Sequence record: DRR723986_28680
Reading direction: 5' to 3' (one strand)
DNA: 48,958 nucleotides
The notes below the pieces were generated by a model, which was given only the letters and a program-made list of their open reading frames with translations, searched no databases and was not told the DNA's origin. Position numbers and translations under genes: made by a program. Below are positions 1 through 9,188 of this stretch, piece after piece (positions within the stretch are counted from its first letter, which is position 1; each line of letters starts with the position of its first letter).

Positions 1-1
1 G

Positions 2-292
2 AACATAATTGTCACCAATATTAATTTGCACCCCTCTTTTTAGAGCTTCTTCTCTTTTAGATTCTATGAATTCAAAGTCTTCGTCTGAAACATCTATTTT
101 CATCTGTATCGGCTCAACTTTGTCAGCTAATTTGGAGTTTGACCAATAAGTTGAAACTAGATCGCCCAAATTGGAATAGCCATATTTCTTGACGTAGGAA
201 TTCGCAACAAACAGCCCTACAATTACAACTAAGAGTAAAATCAAAATTCCGCGCTTAAGGAGCTTTATATAGTCTACCTTTTTGTTATTCAT
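2..292 (-). CDS. 5' part of a membrane-anchored exported protein (runs off window start); possibly a second CotH-related protein of the polysaccharide locus
   Basis: Manual translation from ATG at 292: MNNKKVDYIKLLKRGILILLLVVIVGLFVANSYVKKYGYSNLGDLVSTYWSNSK...DFEFIESKREEALKRGVQINIGDNYV; open to the window edge with an N-terminal TM helix. Not in the ORF track. Confidence 0.7.
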   Translation of the reverse strand, partial: MNNKKVDYIKLLKRGILILLLVVIVGLFVANSYVKKYGYSNLGDLVSTYWSNSKLADKVEPIQMKIDVSDEDFEFIESKREEALKRGVQINIGDNYV

Positions 293-318
293 ATCGTTTA
301 TACCTTGTGCAAATATCG

Positions 319-1221
319 CTAAAAATCTTCCATTAGAATTTGTTTCTCTAGGCAAGAAGAAATTTTTTGATGGCCTTCAGAATTAAGATGAATATTATCC
401 AAATAATATGATTCTTCTTCAACATCAAATCCATTAAGATAGGTCACCTCATTTGAGATAATTTTCTCTTTTAATTGAATTCCACTTTCAAAGAGTTCGC
501 CTGTCTGTAATTCTTGTATATCAAGATGATGATACACAACAAGTGGAACATCATTGGTTTTAGCGTAGTTAATGAATTTATCCCAACCTGGATTAACCGC
601 GCTATCGTCAAATCCTTCTAAATAATCGTATCTAGAGCCGAAAACATCTTTAATTTTAGGAATTAGAAAATTCGACCATAAATCTCCAATAGCAGTTAGG
701 GATTGTTTGTTAGGCCATGCCGGTTGTTCTCCAACAACTTTTCTATGATGCATATTATCATGATAATCGTGAGAACTAAAAACCAACACAATCATATCGA
801 ACTTAAAATCAACGTAATGTTCAAGAAAATTATAGGCATTTTCAGGTCCCCAACTTCCTGCTGAAATGTTGTATACACCAATTTGAGACTCATATAAATT
901 ATTTATTTTTTTTTCTAAAACAGAAGACATCAAATCTTCTTGATCTACTTTGCTTCCACCGTTTAAAACTGAATCTCCAAATAATAAAATTCGCTTCTTG
1001 TCTTTTTGGGAAACTGCATGCGATCTCATTCCGTATTCATTGGTTTGATAGGTATTATGAAATCGTGTAATGTTTTGATTCTGCTGCAATTTATATTCAC
1101 ACCATTCATCTTCATCATATAAGGGCCTGTCACCGATATCGACTCCGAATCGCAAAATTATTTCTGAAACAATAACTATGCTAAGCAGCAATAGGCTCAG
1201 CTTCAACAGCTTTTTCTTCAT
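319..1221 (-). CDS. Membrane-anchored SGNH/GDSL hydrolase-family protein
   Basis: N-terminal TM helix, block I LFGDS, block V DNIHLN; overlaps upstream gene by 41 nt. Confidence 0.8.
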   Translation of the reverse strand: MKKKLLKLSLLLLSIVIVSEIILRFGVDIGDRPLYDEDEWCEYKLQQNQNITRFHNTYQTNEYGMRSHAVSQKDKKRILLFGDSVLNGGSKVDQEDLMSSVLEKKINNLYESQIGVYNISAGSWGPENAYNFLEHYVDFKFDMIVLVFSSHDYHDNMHHRKVVGEQPAWPNKQSLTAIGDLWSNFLIPKIKDVFGSRYDYLEGFDDSAVNPGWDKFINYAKTNDVPLVVYHHLDIQELQTGELFESGIQLKEKIISNEVTYLNGFDVEEESYYLDNIHLNSEGHQKISSCLEKQILMEDF

Positions 1222-2500
1222 CAGAATTATTATTCGTTAACATTAAAGAGAGTCCGATTAAAAAGATGGTCATAAATGGATTTAAGGATGATGTAAGCCA
1301 TGGTTCAAAATTGGCCGAAAACAATATTGCAAAAACAAAGGCAAAACCGTATGATTTTCTTTTTATTCCTTGAATAAACAATCTAAAATAACCAAAAACA
1401 AATGCAAGTAAACCAATTAATCCAGTGTTTAACCATATAATCAAGTAGGAATTATGGACTCCCCCCTCATGACCTAACTCACCGAGAGTTCTTGCGTTTG
1501 CTTTCATAATAAATTCATCATACCCCATTCCTTTACCTAAAATCAGTGTATTTTGCTTAATATCCTCCCAGGCAAATAACCAGGCAATGACTCTTCCTGA
1601 GCCTTCTTGAATATTATCCAGCCTCAAGTCATCCGATAAACCCAAATCGTACAAAAGTTTGAGTAAGAAGTCGTACAAAAAGTCGAAGTAAATTATAAAA
1701 GCCCCCAAAGCTATTACCGTTAGTTGTTTAGAATATTTAAATCCGAATGTGATAAACTCGAAAATTAAGACTGAAATTAAGGCAGTTCTTGATCCACTTA
1801 GCCAAATAAATCCAAATGTCAGTAACATATAAAAAACGTTCTCATTTCTTGTGAAAATGTTTGGAAACTCTTTTTTAATAGCCGCATACAATAAATAGCT
1901 CACGATCAAAAATAACCCAAGACCATTGGGATTTCCGAATGCTCCTTGCCATCTACCTCCATGTGATGTACCAACTTCAGGAAAAGTGATAATTACAGAG
2001 AGACTAATTAAATGTATTATTATAGTAAAAGCTATAACATTAGAAAAAAATACTTTTCCTAATCTATTGAATTCATAAATCACAATGTTTGGTACAACTA
2101 TGAGAATTAATCCATATGAGATTGTTTTTTGAGCTGCAACAAAGGCATCATGACTAAACTGTACACAAATAAGTGAAACCACCAAAAACCCCGTTAATGC
2201 CTTAATCACAATTGACATATTAATGAGCTGGTCATATTTTGTAATCACCAAGACTCCAAATAGCAACAAATAATATGGTTTAATGTCCTTTGCGAATTGC
2301 CATAGCTCTTGGGTATTATCGGAAAGAATAAATAAAAAGAGCATCCCCAAAAGCGCCTCAAAATAACGTTCCTTGGCAAAAAACAATATAAGATTGCCAA
2401 GTATTACAACAAATGCCAGAGGAGTAGATAACATACCTACCACTGACCATAACGCCATGATCACAATATAACCTGAGTTATTTTTAATTGAATCAAACAT
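1181..2500 (-). CDS. O-antigen ligase/polymerase (Wzy_C/WaaL-like) family protein
   Basis: About 12 hydrophobic helices; GAFGNPNGLG, SGSRTA, SGRVIAW, HNSYL motifs. Confidence 0.85.
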   Translation of the reverse strand: MFDSIKNNSGYIVIMALWSVVGMLSTPLAFVVILGNLILFFAKERYFEALLGMLFLFILSDNTQELWQFAKDIKPYYLLLFGVLVITKYDQLINMSIVIKALTGFLVVSLICVQFSHDAFVAAQKTISYGLILIVVPNIVIYEFNRLGKVFFSNVIAFTIIIHLISLSVIITFPEVGTSHGGRWQGAFGNPNGLGLFLIVSYLLYAAIKKEFPNIFTRNENVFYMLLTFGFIWLSGSRTALISVLIFEFITFGFKYSKQLTVIALGAFIIYFDFLYDFLLKLLYDLGLSDDLRLDNIQEGSGRVIAWLFAWEDIKQNTLILGKGMGYDEFIMKANARTLGELGHEGGVHNSYLIIWLNTGLIGLLAFVFGYFRLFIQGIKRKSYGFAFVFAILFSANFEPWLTSSLNPFMTIFLIGLSLMLTNNNSDEEKAVEAEPIAA

Positions 2501-4104
2501 TATAACTCTTTCAAATGATTTAGGTAAATAGTCTTACGCTCCAATAAAAAATTAAGGTTGTCTTTACAATTTGACTCCCAATCCGATAGACTAGGAATTG
2601 ATCGCCATCTCTTAATTTGTTGAGGCATTGCGGGGCCAATAGAGGACTTTAATTCTTCATATGTGCTTGTAATGTTACTATTTGACAAATTACTTTCAAA
2701 CAGCTCCAACACCCTTTGCTCATATGATCGTTTAAATTCTTCAACCTCAATCAGCTTATTGAACAGAGAAGAATGGACATCAGTTTTATCAGATAAGAAT
2801 GAAAACATATTTTGGTTAACATGATCTTTTCCAGGATAAGCCAGCGAGAAGTCTAAATCATTCAACACCCAGGTCCATTTTTCACCTTTTAATTTACAGA
2901 CAAGCGAATTATTCGTTGGCCAATCTAGATTTGCAAAGAAAGTCTCAAAAATAATGTAGTCTATAAATGAAGATACGTTAATTTTTTCTTCTAGATTTTT
3001 GATGTCGCTTAATCCTATACTTTCTTTAGATTTTATGTCATCTACTAATTGTGTAAATTCTTTTTGATCTTTAGATTCTCCTTCCTTTAATTCTGCATTT
3101 CCACCTTCTAAAATTGTAACGTTCTTTTCCTTCCCTCCCATTTTCTTAGCCAATAAACTGCAATCAATCCGCTCTCTTAAATTGTACAATCCCCAATACC
3201 TTCCATTTACAAATACTTCAGCGGCTTGACCATTTTGAGTCAGAACATTTGTTCCGTAAGCAAGGCTATGCATGAGTAAATCAGCAAATAGTGTTCTGAC
3301 ATTGTCATTCCCGGACGTCCTCAATACCAAACTTTTATACTTATCTACACCGGTTTCTAAAAAACAATTTTTAATGATTTCTGACCCATAATTTTTTCGG
3401 GCATAAAGTTTAAGAGACTTTTGTGGGAACCCTCTTGTTGCATTCCCTCCTATTCTTAATCCCATATTTTGGTCGAGTAGTAATTCACCCTTAATAAAAA
3501 ACTGCATGTTAACTTGTCTTTCAGAGTCCATTCCACGGTTAGTAAAATTAGCCTCTCTCTCCCACCATGCTTTAAAAAAACCATCTTCCTGCCATGAATC
3601 AGCTCCTAGAATGTGAACTCCTTTAAATTCATCAAACATATCCGAATGCTTAATAGATAAATTTATTATCGGCAATTCTGATTGATAGCTTGAAACATCA
3701 GTAAAAAAATAAATTGGAGATACCTCTAAACTATTTTTATTTTTTATGAAACAGGCCACCGACTTGACCTCTGGTTGATAAAAGCTAGGAGCCTTCCAAT
3801 TATATGAAGTTGGAATATTAGTATTCTCTTTGTTTTGGATTTTACCTAAATCCAATCTTCCGTTTGAACTCTTGAAAGTTTCTCCTCCATCTTCAGAATA
3901 ATAGATGTTAAATACGGGGTTCAATACCTCAATGATTCGCTCATCTTTATCGTAAACAACATTGTTATTAAAATCAACTGTTGTTTTATTCGATAGCTCA
4001 AATTCACTTAGATCAACTAAATCATACTTGTACAAAAGTAGAATTAACCCAATTGAGAAAACAAAAAATACTGAAAGAGCATCTATTTTTCTCAATACCC
4101 GCAT
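2500..4104 (-). CDS. CotH kinase-family protein, N-terminally anchored
   Basis: GLRIGGNATR..PQKSLKLYAR, VFVNGRYWGLYNLRE, NLDWPTNN, WVLNDLDFS motifs. Confidence 0.85.
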   Translation of the reverse strand: MRVLRKIDALSVFFVFSIGLILLLYKYDLVDLSEFELSNKTTVDFNNNVVYDKDERIIEVLNPVFNIYYSEDGGETFKSSNGRLDLGKIQNKENTNIPTSYNWKAPSFYQPEVKSVACFIKNKNSLEVSPIYFFTDVSSYQSELPIINLSIKHSDMFDEFKGVHILGADSWQEDGFFKAWWEREANFTNRGMDSERQVNMQFFIKGELLLDQNMGLRIGGNATRGFPQKSLKLYARKNYGSEIIKNCFLETGVDKYKSLVLRTSGNDNVRTLFADLLMHSLAYGTNVLTQNGQAAEVFVNGRYWGLYNLRERIDCSLLAKKMGGKEKNVTILEGGNAELKEGESKDQKEFTQLVDDIKSKESIGLSDIKNLEEKINVSSFIDYIIFETFFANLDWPTNNSLVCKLKGEKWTWVLNDLDFSLAYPGKDHVNQNMFSFLSDKTDVHSSLFNKLIEVEEFKRSYEQRVLELFESNLSNSNITSTYEELKSSIGPAMPQQIKRWRSIPSLSDWESNCKDNLNFLLERKTIYLNHLKEL

Positions 4105-4508
4105 TACTTTTTAATAGGAAGAAGAAATATAATTGGCAGAAGTACTATTAGCCCTAAACAAGTAAGAACAAGGTATCCGGATCCACAACCGATTCCAATT
4201 ACCACTGTTAAAAACAAGCCTAGAAGATCATTTTTATCCGTTTGTTGTCGTAATCCTAAGATGATTATTGCCGAAGATGACAATACCGCCAAAGGTAATG
4301 CGTATTTAGATATTGCAGCAATTAAAGCAATCCCAACTGCTATGATAACAGCATGGGTAATTATTTCTTTATCAAACTTTCGATTGACTACTTTCTGAAG
4401 CAAGTATCCCAGAAAACCAGCAACCAAAAGTTGAAGAATAAACAAGGGAATTAGCTTTGGTGAGAACCCATTAAAGCTATCTATTATTAAATTTTTTAGA
4501 AATTCCAT
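4104..4508 (-). CDS. Small membrane protein, DUF4956/MgtC-like
   Basis: 4-5 hydrophobic segments with VIGIGCGSG; start moved to ATG 4508 (MEFLK), directly after the rfbA stop at 4510; TAATG coupling to CotH. Confidence 0.55.
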   Translation of the reverse strand: MEFLKNLIIDSFNGFSPKLIPLFILQLLVAGFLGYLLQKVVNRKFDKEIITHAVIIAVGIALIAAISKYALPLAVLSSSAIIILGLRQQTDKNDLLGLFLTVVIGIGCGSGYLVLTCLGLIVLLPIIFLLPIKK

Positions 4509-4509
4509 T

Positions 4510-5391
4510 TCAAATAAGTCTATTTTTCTCGTCAAGTATCTTCATTAAATACTGACCGTATTGATTCTTTAACAAGGGTTGTGCTAAATGTTCTAGTTGT
4601 TTAGCATCAATAAATCCATTTCTAAAAGCAATCTCTTCTAAACAAGAAACTTTTAGTCCCTGACGTTGCTCAATTGAGGCAATAAAATTTGATGCTTGAA
4701 TCAACGATTCATGCGTTCCGGTATCCAACCAAGCCATTCCCCGACCAAGCAGTTCTGTCTGTAATGATCCCTCTTCTAAATACAATTTATTTAAATCTGT
4801 AATTTCGAGCTCACCACGCGGTGATGGTTTCAAGCTTTTGGCTTTTTCAATTACAGAGTTATCGTAATAATACAAACCTGTTACCGCATAATTTGATTTC
4901 GGATTACTTGGTTTTTCTTCTAATCCAATTGCTTTTTTATTTGAATCAAACTCTACTACCCCATATCTTTCTGGATCATTGACGTAATAGCCAAAAACAA
5001 CTGCTCCTTGATTAATTTGAGCGGATCTTTTTAAAATTGAAGAAAGTCCATATCCGTAAAAGATATTATCTCCTAACACTAAGCAAACTGAATCGTTACC
5101 TATAAACTCTTCCCCTAAAATGAATGCTTGCGCCAGTCCATCTGGTGAGGGCTGAACAGTGTATTGAATTGAAATCCCCAAATGAGATCCGTCTCCAAGC
5201 AATTCTTCGAAAACCAATACATCTCTAGGTGTAGATATGATAAGAATCTCTTTTATACCCGACAACATCAGAACTGACAATGGATAATAGATCATTGGCT
5301 TATCGTAAATCGGTAAAATCTGTTTGGAAACCGCTTTGGTTAAAGGATATAAACGCGTTCCTGATCCTCCAGCTAAAATAATTCCTTTCAT
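4510..5391 (-). CDS. rfbA: Glucose-1-phosphate thymidylyltransferase
   Basis: [56 protein letters not shown]. Confidence 0.97.
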   Translation of the reverse strand: MKGIILAGGSGTRLYPLTKAVSKQILPIYDKPMIYYPLSVLMLSGIKEILIISTPRDVLVFEELLGDGSHLGISIQYTVQPSPDGLAQAFILGEEFIGNDSVCLVLGDNIFYGYGLSSILKRSAQINQGAVVFGYYVNDPERYGVVEFDSNKKAIGLEEKPSNPKSNYAVTGLYYYDNSVIEKAKSLKPSPRGELEITDLNKLYLEEGSLQTELLGRGMAWLDTGTHESLIQASNFIASIEQRQGLKVSCLEEIAFRNGFIDAKQLEHLAQPLLKNQYGQYLMKILDEKNRLI

Positions 5392-5500
5392 ATTGTTTTA
5401 TAACTTCTTAAATGAACGAGTATTTTGAGCAAATGGTTACTAAAATCGCATGATTTATGAATTTTTAAGAGCTTAAAGTCCTAATAGTCAAAAACGGAAC

Positions 5501-5508
5501 TATTTTTG
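5501..5508 (+). promoter_or_regulatory. Bacteroidota sigma-A -7 element TATTTTTG
   Basis: Exact TAnnTTTG match 28 nt upstream of ATG 5537. Confidence 0.6.
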
Positions 5509-5536
5509 TTTTAAACCAATCATTGAATTATACAGC

Positions 5537-6769
5537 ATGAATAAATTCTTACTTCTAATTACCCTTAGCGTTTCATTAATTTCAAACGCACAATGCGATT
5601 CTACAGAATACGTTATGGAAGGCAAACTGATCACCAACTCAATTAAGTCTGTGAAAATCAGTCCTGATTTCAAGGCAGAAATACCAAAAAAAGGAACCAC
5701 TGGCGAATTGAATAAATACTTTGAATCTACGTTGTTTGGTTTTAAATCAACGGGTTGGTTAACCATTGCAACTGTCGAAATTCTAGATTTTGATCAGCAA
5801 AAAAATGCATTGCAGGTAAAAGTGCTAGAAGAACAATCTGAAATGACCGTGAACGGTGAAAAAAAGAATCATTTCGCAAAAGGAAACATTGTAAAATTCT
5901 CATGGAAAACGGCACCAGAAAGAAAAACAACCTTTGAAATAATTGATGGAGACACCTTAGCAAAAGGAGATTTGTATTGTGGTAAAAGAGAGGGAATATG
6001 GGAGTACTATTTTAAAAGTGGTGTATTACAGGAAAGGGACAATTACAAACAAGGAAAAGCAGATGGGGTTTATAAAACGTGGTACGAAAGCGGTAAAATT
6101 AAAGAGGTTGGATATTACGATAACGGAGCACGAATCAAGGATTTGACCATGTATTTTGAGAGTGGATTACCACATAAAATTATTCATTACGAAAACGATA
6201 AAAAACATGGATCATACACGAAATATCGTAAAAACGGGAGTACTGAATATGAAGCCAACTACGACATGGATGTATTATCTGGACCTTTCAAGTTTTACTA
6301 TCCTGATGGAACTTTAAAACAACAAGGAACCCACGTGGATGGTGAGATCAGTGGAAAAATTGAGGTGTTTTATGAAAACGGCAAGCCTTATTTCACCACC
6401 TACATTACAGATCATGAGAAGGATGGAGAATATTTCGGTTTTTATCGATCAGGTGCAAAATTCATTGAAGCCAATTACAAAAAAGGCAAAATTCACGGAC
6501 CTTATACCGAGTATTATGAAGATGGAAAACTATCTATCCAAGCTAATTATAACATGGGAGATAAAGATGGAGAACAAGTGCTTTATTACAAAAATGGCAA
6601 CTTAGAATCTCAGGGAAGTTTCAAAAAAGGCACGAAGATTGGTTATTGGAAAGAGTTCTATGAAAGCGGTGAACCAAAAAGTGAAGGCAATTACAATGAA
6701 ACTGGAGATCAAATTGGGAAATGGTTTGAATGGGATGAAAATGGCAAAAAGAAAAAAACGAAATACTAA
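5537..6769 (+). CDS. Secreted MORN_2-repeat (YwqK-like) protein with an extra N-terminal domain
   Basis: Signal peptide ending SNA-Q; about 11 repeats of ~24 aa (G.Y..YY.NG.L...G.Y..G). Confidence 0.85.
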   Translation: MNKFLLLITLSVSLISNAQCDSTEYVMEGKLITNSIKSVKISPDFKAEIPKKGTTGELNKYFESTLFGFKSTGWLTIATVEILDFDQQKNALQVKVLEEQSEMTVNGEKKNHFAKGNIVKFSWKTAPERKTTFEIIDGDTLAKGDLYCGKREGIWEYYFKSGVLQERDNYKQGKADGVYKTWYESGKIKEVGYYDNGARIKDLTMYFESGLPHKIIHYENDKKHGSYTKYRKNGSTEYEANYDMDVLSGPFKFYYPDGTLKQQGTHVDGEISGKIEVFYENGKPYFTTYITDHEKDGEYFGFYRSGAKFIEANYKKGKIHGPYTEYYEDGKLSIQANYNMGDKDGEQVLYYKNGNLESQGSFKKGTKIGYWKEFYESGEPKSEGNYNETGDQIGKWFEWDENGKKKKTKY

Positions 6770-6808
6770 TTTTTAGTATTTTAGCCTATCAAAACTAAAT
6801 ACTTACAG

Positions 6809-7648
6809 ATGAGAAGAGTTATTTTAAGTGCAGTTGTTATTTTATTAGGAATGAATGTGTATGGTCAATGTGACCCGAAAGAATACACGGAAAAATATAA
6901 AAACGGTTCTTATGTAATTGGTCAAACCGCCTGTGATGAAAAAACGGGGGAATGGAAGTATTTCGACAAAGAAGATAAATTACTTAAGCGTGTAAATTAT
7001 GTAAAAGGTCAATTAAACGGAGTTCGTTCAATTTGGTATCCTAACGGTCAACAAAAAGCCCTTGAGAACTGGACTGGAGGTAAATTAAACGGCCTTGTGC
7101 AATACTGGTCAGAAGATGGCACACTTACAGAAGAATCTAATTATGAGAATGGCAACTTACAAGGAGTTTCTCAAGAGTGGTTTGAAAATGGGAAAAAGAA
7201 ATCATTAACCACTTTTATTGATGGCAAAAAATCTGGCGAATACGAAGTTTACTATGAGAATGGGAATTTAAAAGAAAAAGGGAAATTCTTGGAAGGAGAA
7301 TTCGAAGGAGAAATTAAATCTTACTTTGAAAACGGAAATGTATCATCAGAAATGAACTATGCCAATGGGGTTCACCACGGCAAATACACAACTTATTTCA
7401 AAGACGGCTCAGTAAGTGTAACGGGTGATTATGCTGAAGGAAATCAAGTAGGCCTTTGGAAAACCTTTCATGTAAATGGCCAATTAATTGCAAATGGATA
7501 CTATGAGGCCGGTAGCAAAGACGGACCTTGGGAAGAGTGGTACATGACCGGAAAGCCAAAATCTAAAGGCGTTTACAGAACTGGTGAAAAGGTTGAAATT
7601 TGGTACGAGTGGAACGAATCTGGTAAAAAATCAAAAGTTAAGTTCTAA
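6809..7648 (+). CDS. Secreted MORN_2-repeat (YwqK-like) protein
   Basis: Signal peptide ending VYG-Q; about 9-10 repeats such as WYPNGQ, WFENGK, YYENGNLKEKG. Confidence 0.85.
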   Translation: MRRVILSAVVILLGMNVYGQCDPKEYTEKYKNGSYVIGQTACDEKTGEWKYFDKEDKLLKRVNYVKGQLNGVRSIWYPNGQQKALENWTGGKLNGLVQYWSEDGTLTEESNYENGNLQGVSQEWFENGKKKSLTTFIDGKKSGEYEVYYENGNLKEKGKFLEGEFEGEIKSYFENGNVSSEMNYANGVHHGKYTTYFKDGSVSVTGDYAEGNQVGLWKTFHVNGQLIANGYYEAGSKDGPWEEWYMTGKPKSKGVYRTGEKVEIWYEWNESGKKSKVKF

Positions 7649-7657
7649 GCCTAAAGC

Positions 7658-8956
7658 TTGAGTAACTTACTAAAAACCCTCGGACCTGGAATCTTATTTG
7701 CCTCAACGGCAATCGGGGTTTCTCATCTTGTTCAATCAACGCAAGCCGGAGCAAATTTCGGATTCACACTTCTTTGGGCTATACTTCTAGCCAATTTATT
7801 CAAATACCCATTCTTTGAATTCGGAAGCAGATACGCAAACGCCACCGGCCAAAGCATCATTTCGGGCTATTACAAATTAGGCAAAGTTCCTATCCTACTC
7901 TATTTTATTATCACCATTATTTCCATGTTCCTAGTAACATCTGCTGTGGGCTTTGTGACTTCAGGCTTTATGCAGCAATTGTTTGGAATTAACAGCACCA
8001 TGCTTACTGTGAGTTTAGTTTTTGGCGTCTGTATTCTGATTCTCATTACCAATAACTTCAAAATTTTAGATGGTCTTATCAAGGTCATTGGAATCGTTTT
8101 ATTGCTCTCTACCCTCCTGGCCTTTTTCATGGTTTTAGGTAAAGGACAAACCGCTGATGTAGACTTGTTCAGCTTTGACAACATCAACACAGTAGATTAT
8201 TTCACTTTTTTAATTCCTTTAATGGGATGGATGCCCACAGCAGTGGACCTTTCTGCCTGGAATAGTTTATGGACAGTTGAACGCATTAAACAAAGTGGCT
8301 ATCATCCCAAACTCAAAGAAACCTTGTTCGACTTTAATTTCGGTTATATCTTATCTGCCTTATTAGCCATTTGTTTTGTTACACTTGGGGCATTCATCAT
8401 GTTCGGAATTCCAGGCAAATCCTTTTCTGCATCTCCGGTCGCATTTTCAGGCGAAGTGATCAGTTTGTACACTTCAACCTTTGGTCCTTGGGCTTATACA
8501 GTTATTGCGATATCAGCCTTCTCAATCATGTTTGGTACCTGTGTAGCTGTTTTTGATGGCTATTCAAGAGCAATGAGCGCCACTTTACCTTATATCCTTA
8601 ATAAAAATGAAAACAGTGTGTTAGCCGCATCAGATAACCCAACTGCTGAACAAAGCATGAACCAACGTGCCATGTACCGTATAATCTTATTAATAATTGG
8701 AGCCGGTGCATTTCTTATCATCTACACTTATCAAGGCGACATGAAAGGCTTTAAAAAGTTGATTGATTTGGCTACATCAGTTTCATTTATCATTGCCCCA
8801 GTTATTGCAATTCTCAACCTCAAGTTAGTTTCGGCAAAATACGTTGGTGAAGATTTTGTACCGCCTGTTTGGATACGAATTTTGGCCTACTTAGGAATCG
8901 TATTTTTATCTGTCTTTACCCTATTTTTCATTTTCAAAGATTATTTTATCTCATAG
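7658..8956 (+). CDS. NRAMP-related divalent metal/solute transporter
   Basis: LGPGILFASTAIGVSHLVQSTQAGA, LMGWMP; about 11 TM helices; TTG start. Confidence 0.8.
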   Translation: MSNLLKTLGPGILFASTAIGVSHLVQSTQAGANFGFTLLWAILLANLFKYPFFEFGSRYANATGQSIISGYYKLGKVPILLYFIITIISMFLVTSAVGFVTSGFMQQLFGINSTMLTVSLVFGVCILILITNNFKILDGLIKVIGIVLLLSTLLAFFMVLGKGQTADVDLFSFDNINTVDYFTFLIPLMGWMPTAVDLSAWNSLWTVERIKQSGYHPKLKETLFDFNFGYILSALLAICFVTLGAFIMFGIPGKSFSASPVAFSGEVISLYTSTFGPWAYTVIAISAFSIMFGTCVAVFDGYSRAMSATLPYILNKNENSVLAASDNPTAEQSMNQRAMYRIILLIIGAGAFLIIYTYQGDMKGFKKLIDLATSVSFIIAPVIAILNLKLVSAKYVGEDFVPPVWIRILAYLGIVFLSVFTLFFIFKDYFIS

Positions 8957-9188
8957 ATTTCATCTATACTATTCAGAATTTAGTTTGGTAGAAAGACTTT
9001 GACACTCTTCTCTGAACATACAGTGTCAAAGAAATTCAGCCCCTAGTTGATGGACTTGAAAACACATCAAGTTTTGAATAAAAAATTGGTATAAAATGCA
9101 CTTACCCTGTTAAAGTGCCTTATTTAATTGGCTTTCCTAAAGGCTAGTTCCGAAAAACTTGGTAATTTCGAAGTCAGAAATTCAGTTT

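Noticed and set aside
5537..7648. YwqJ/YwqK toxin-antitoxin system
   Set aside because: No toxin ORF nearby; both proteins have Sec signal peptides, and the label reflects generic MORN_2 repeats.
8957..9158. Metal riboswitch linked to the NRAMP-like gene
   Set aside because: The structure is downstream of the transporter and shows no yybP-ykoY, M-box or NiCo consensus that I can recognise.
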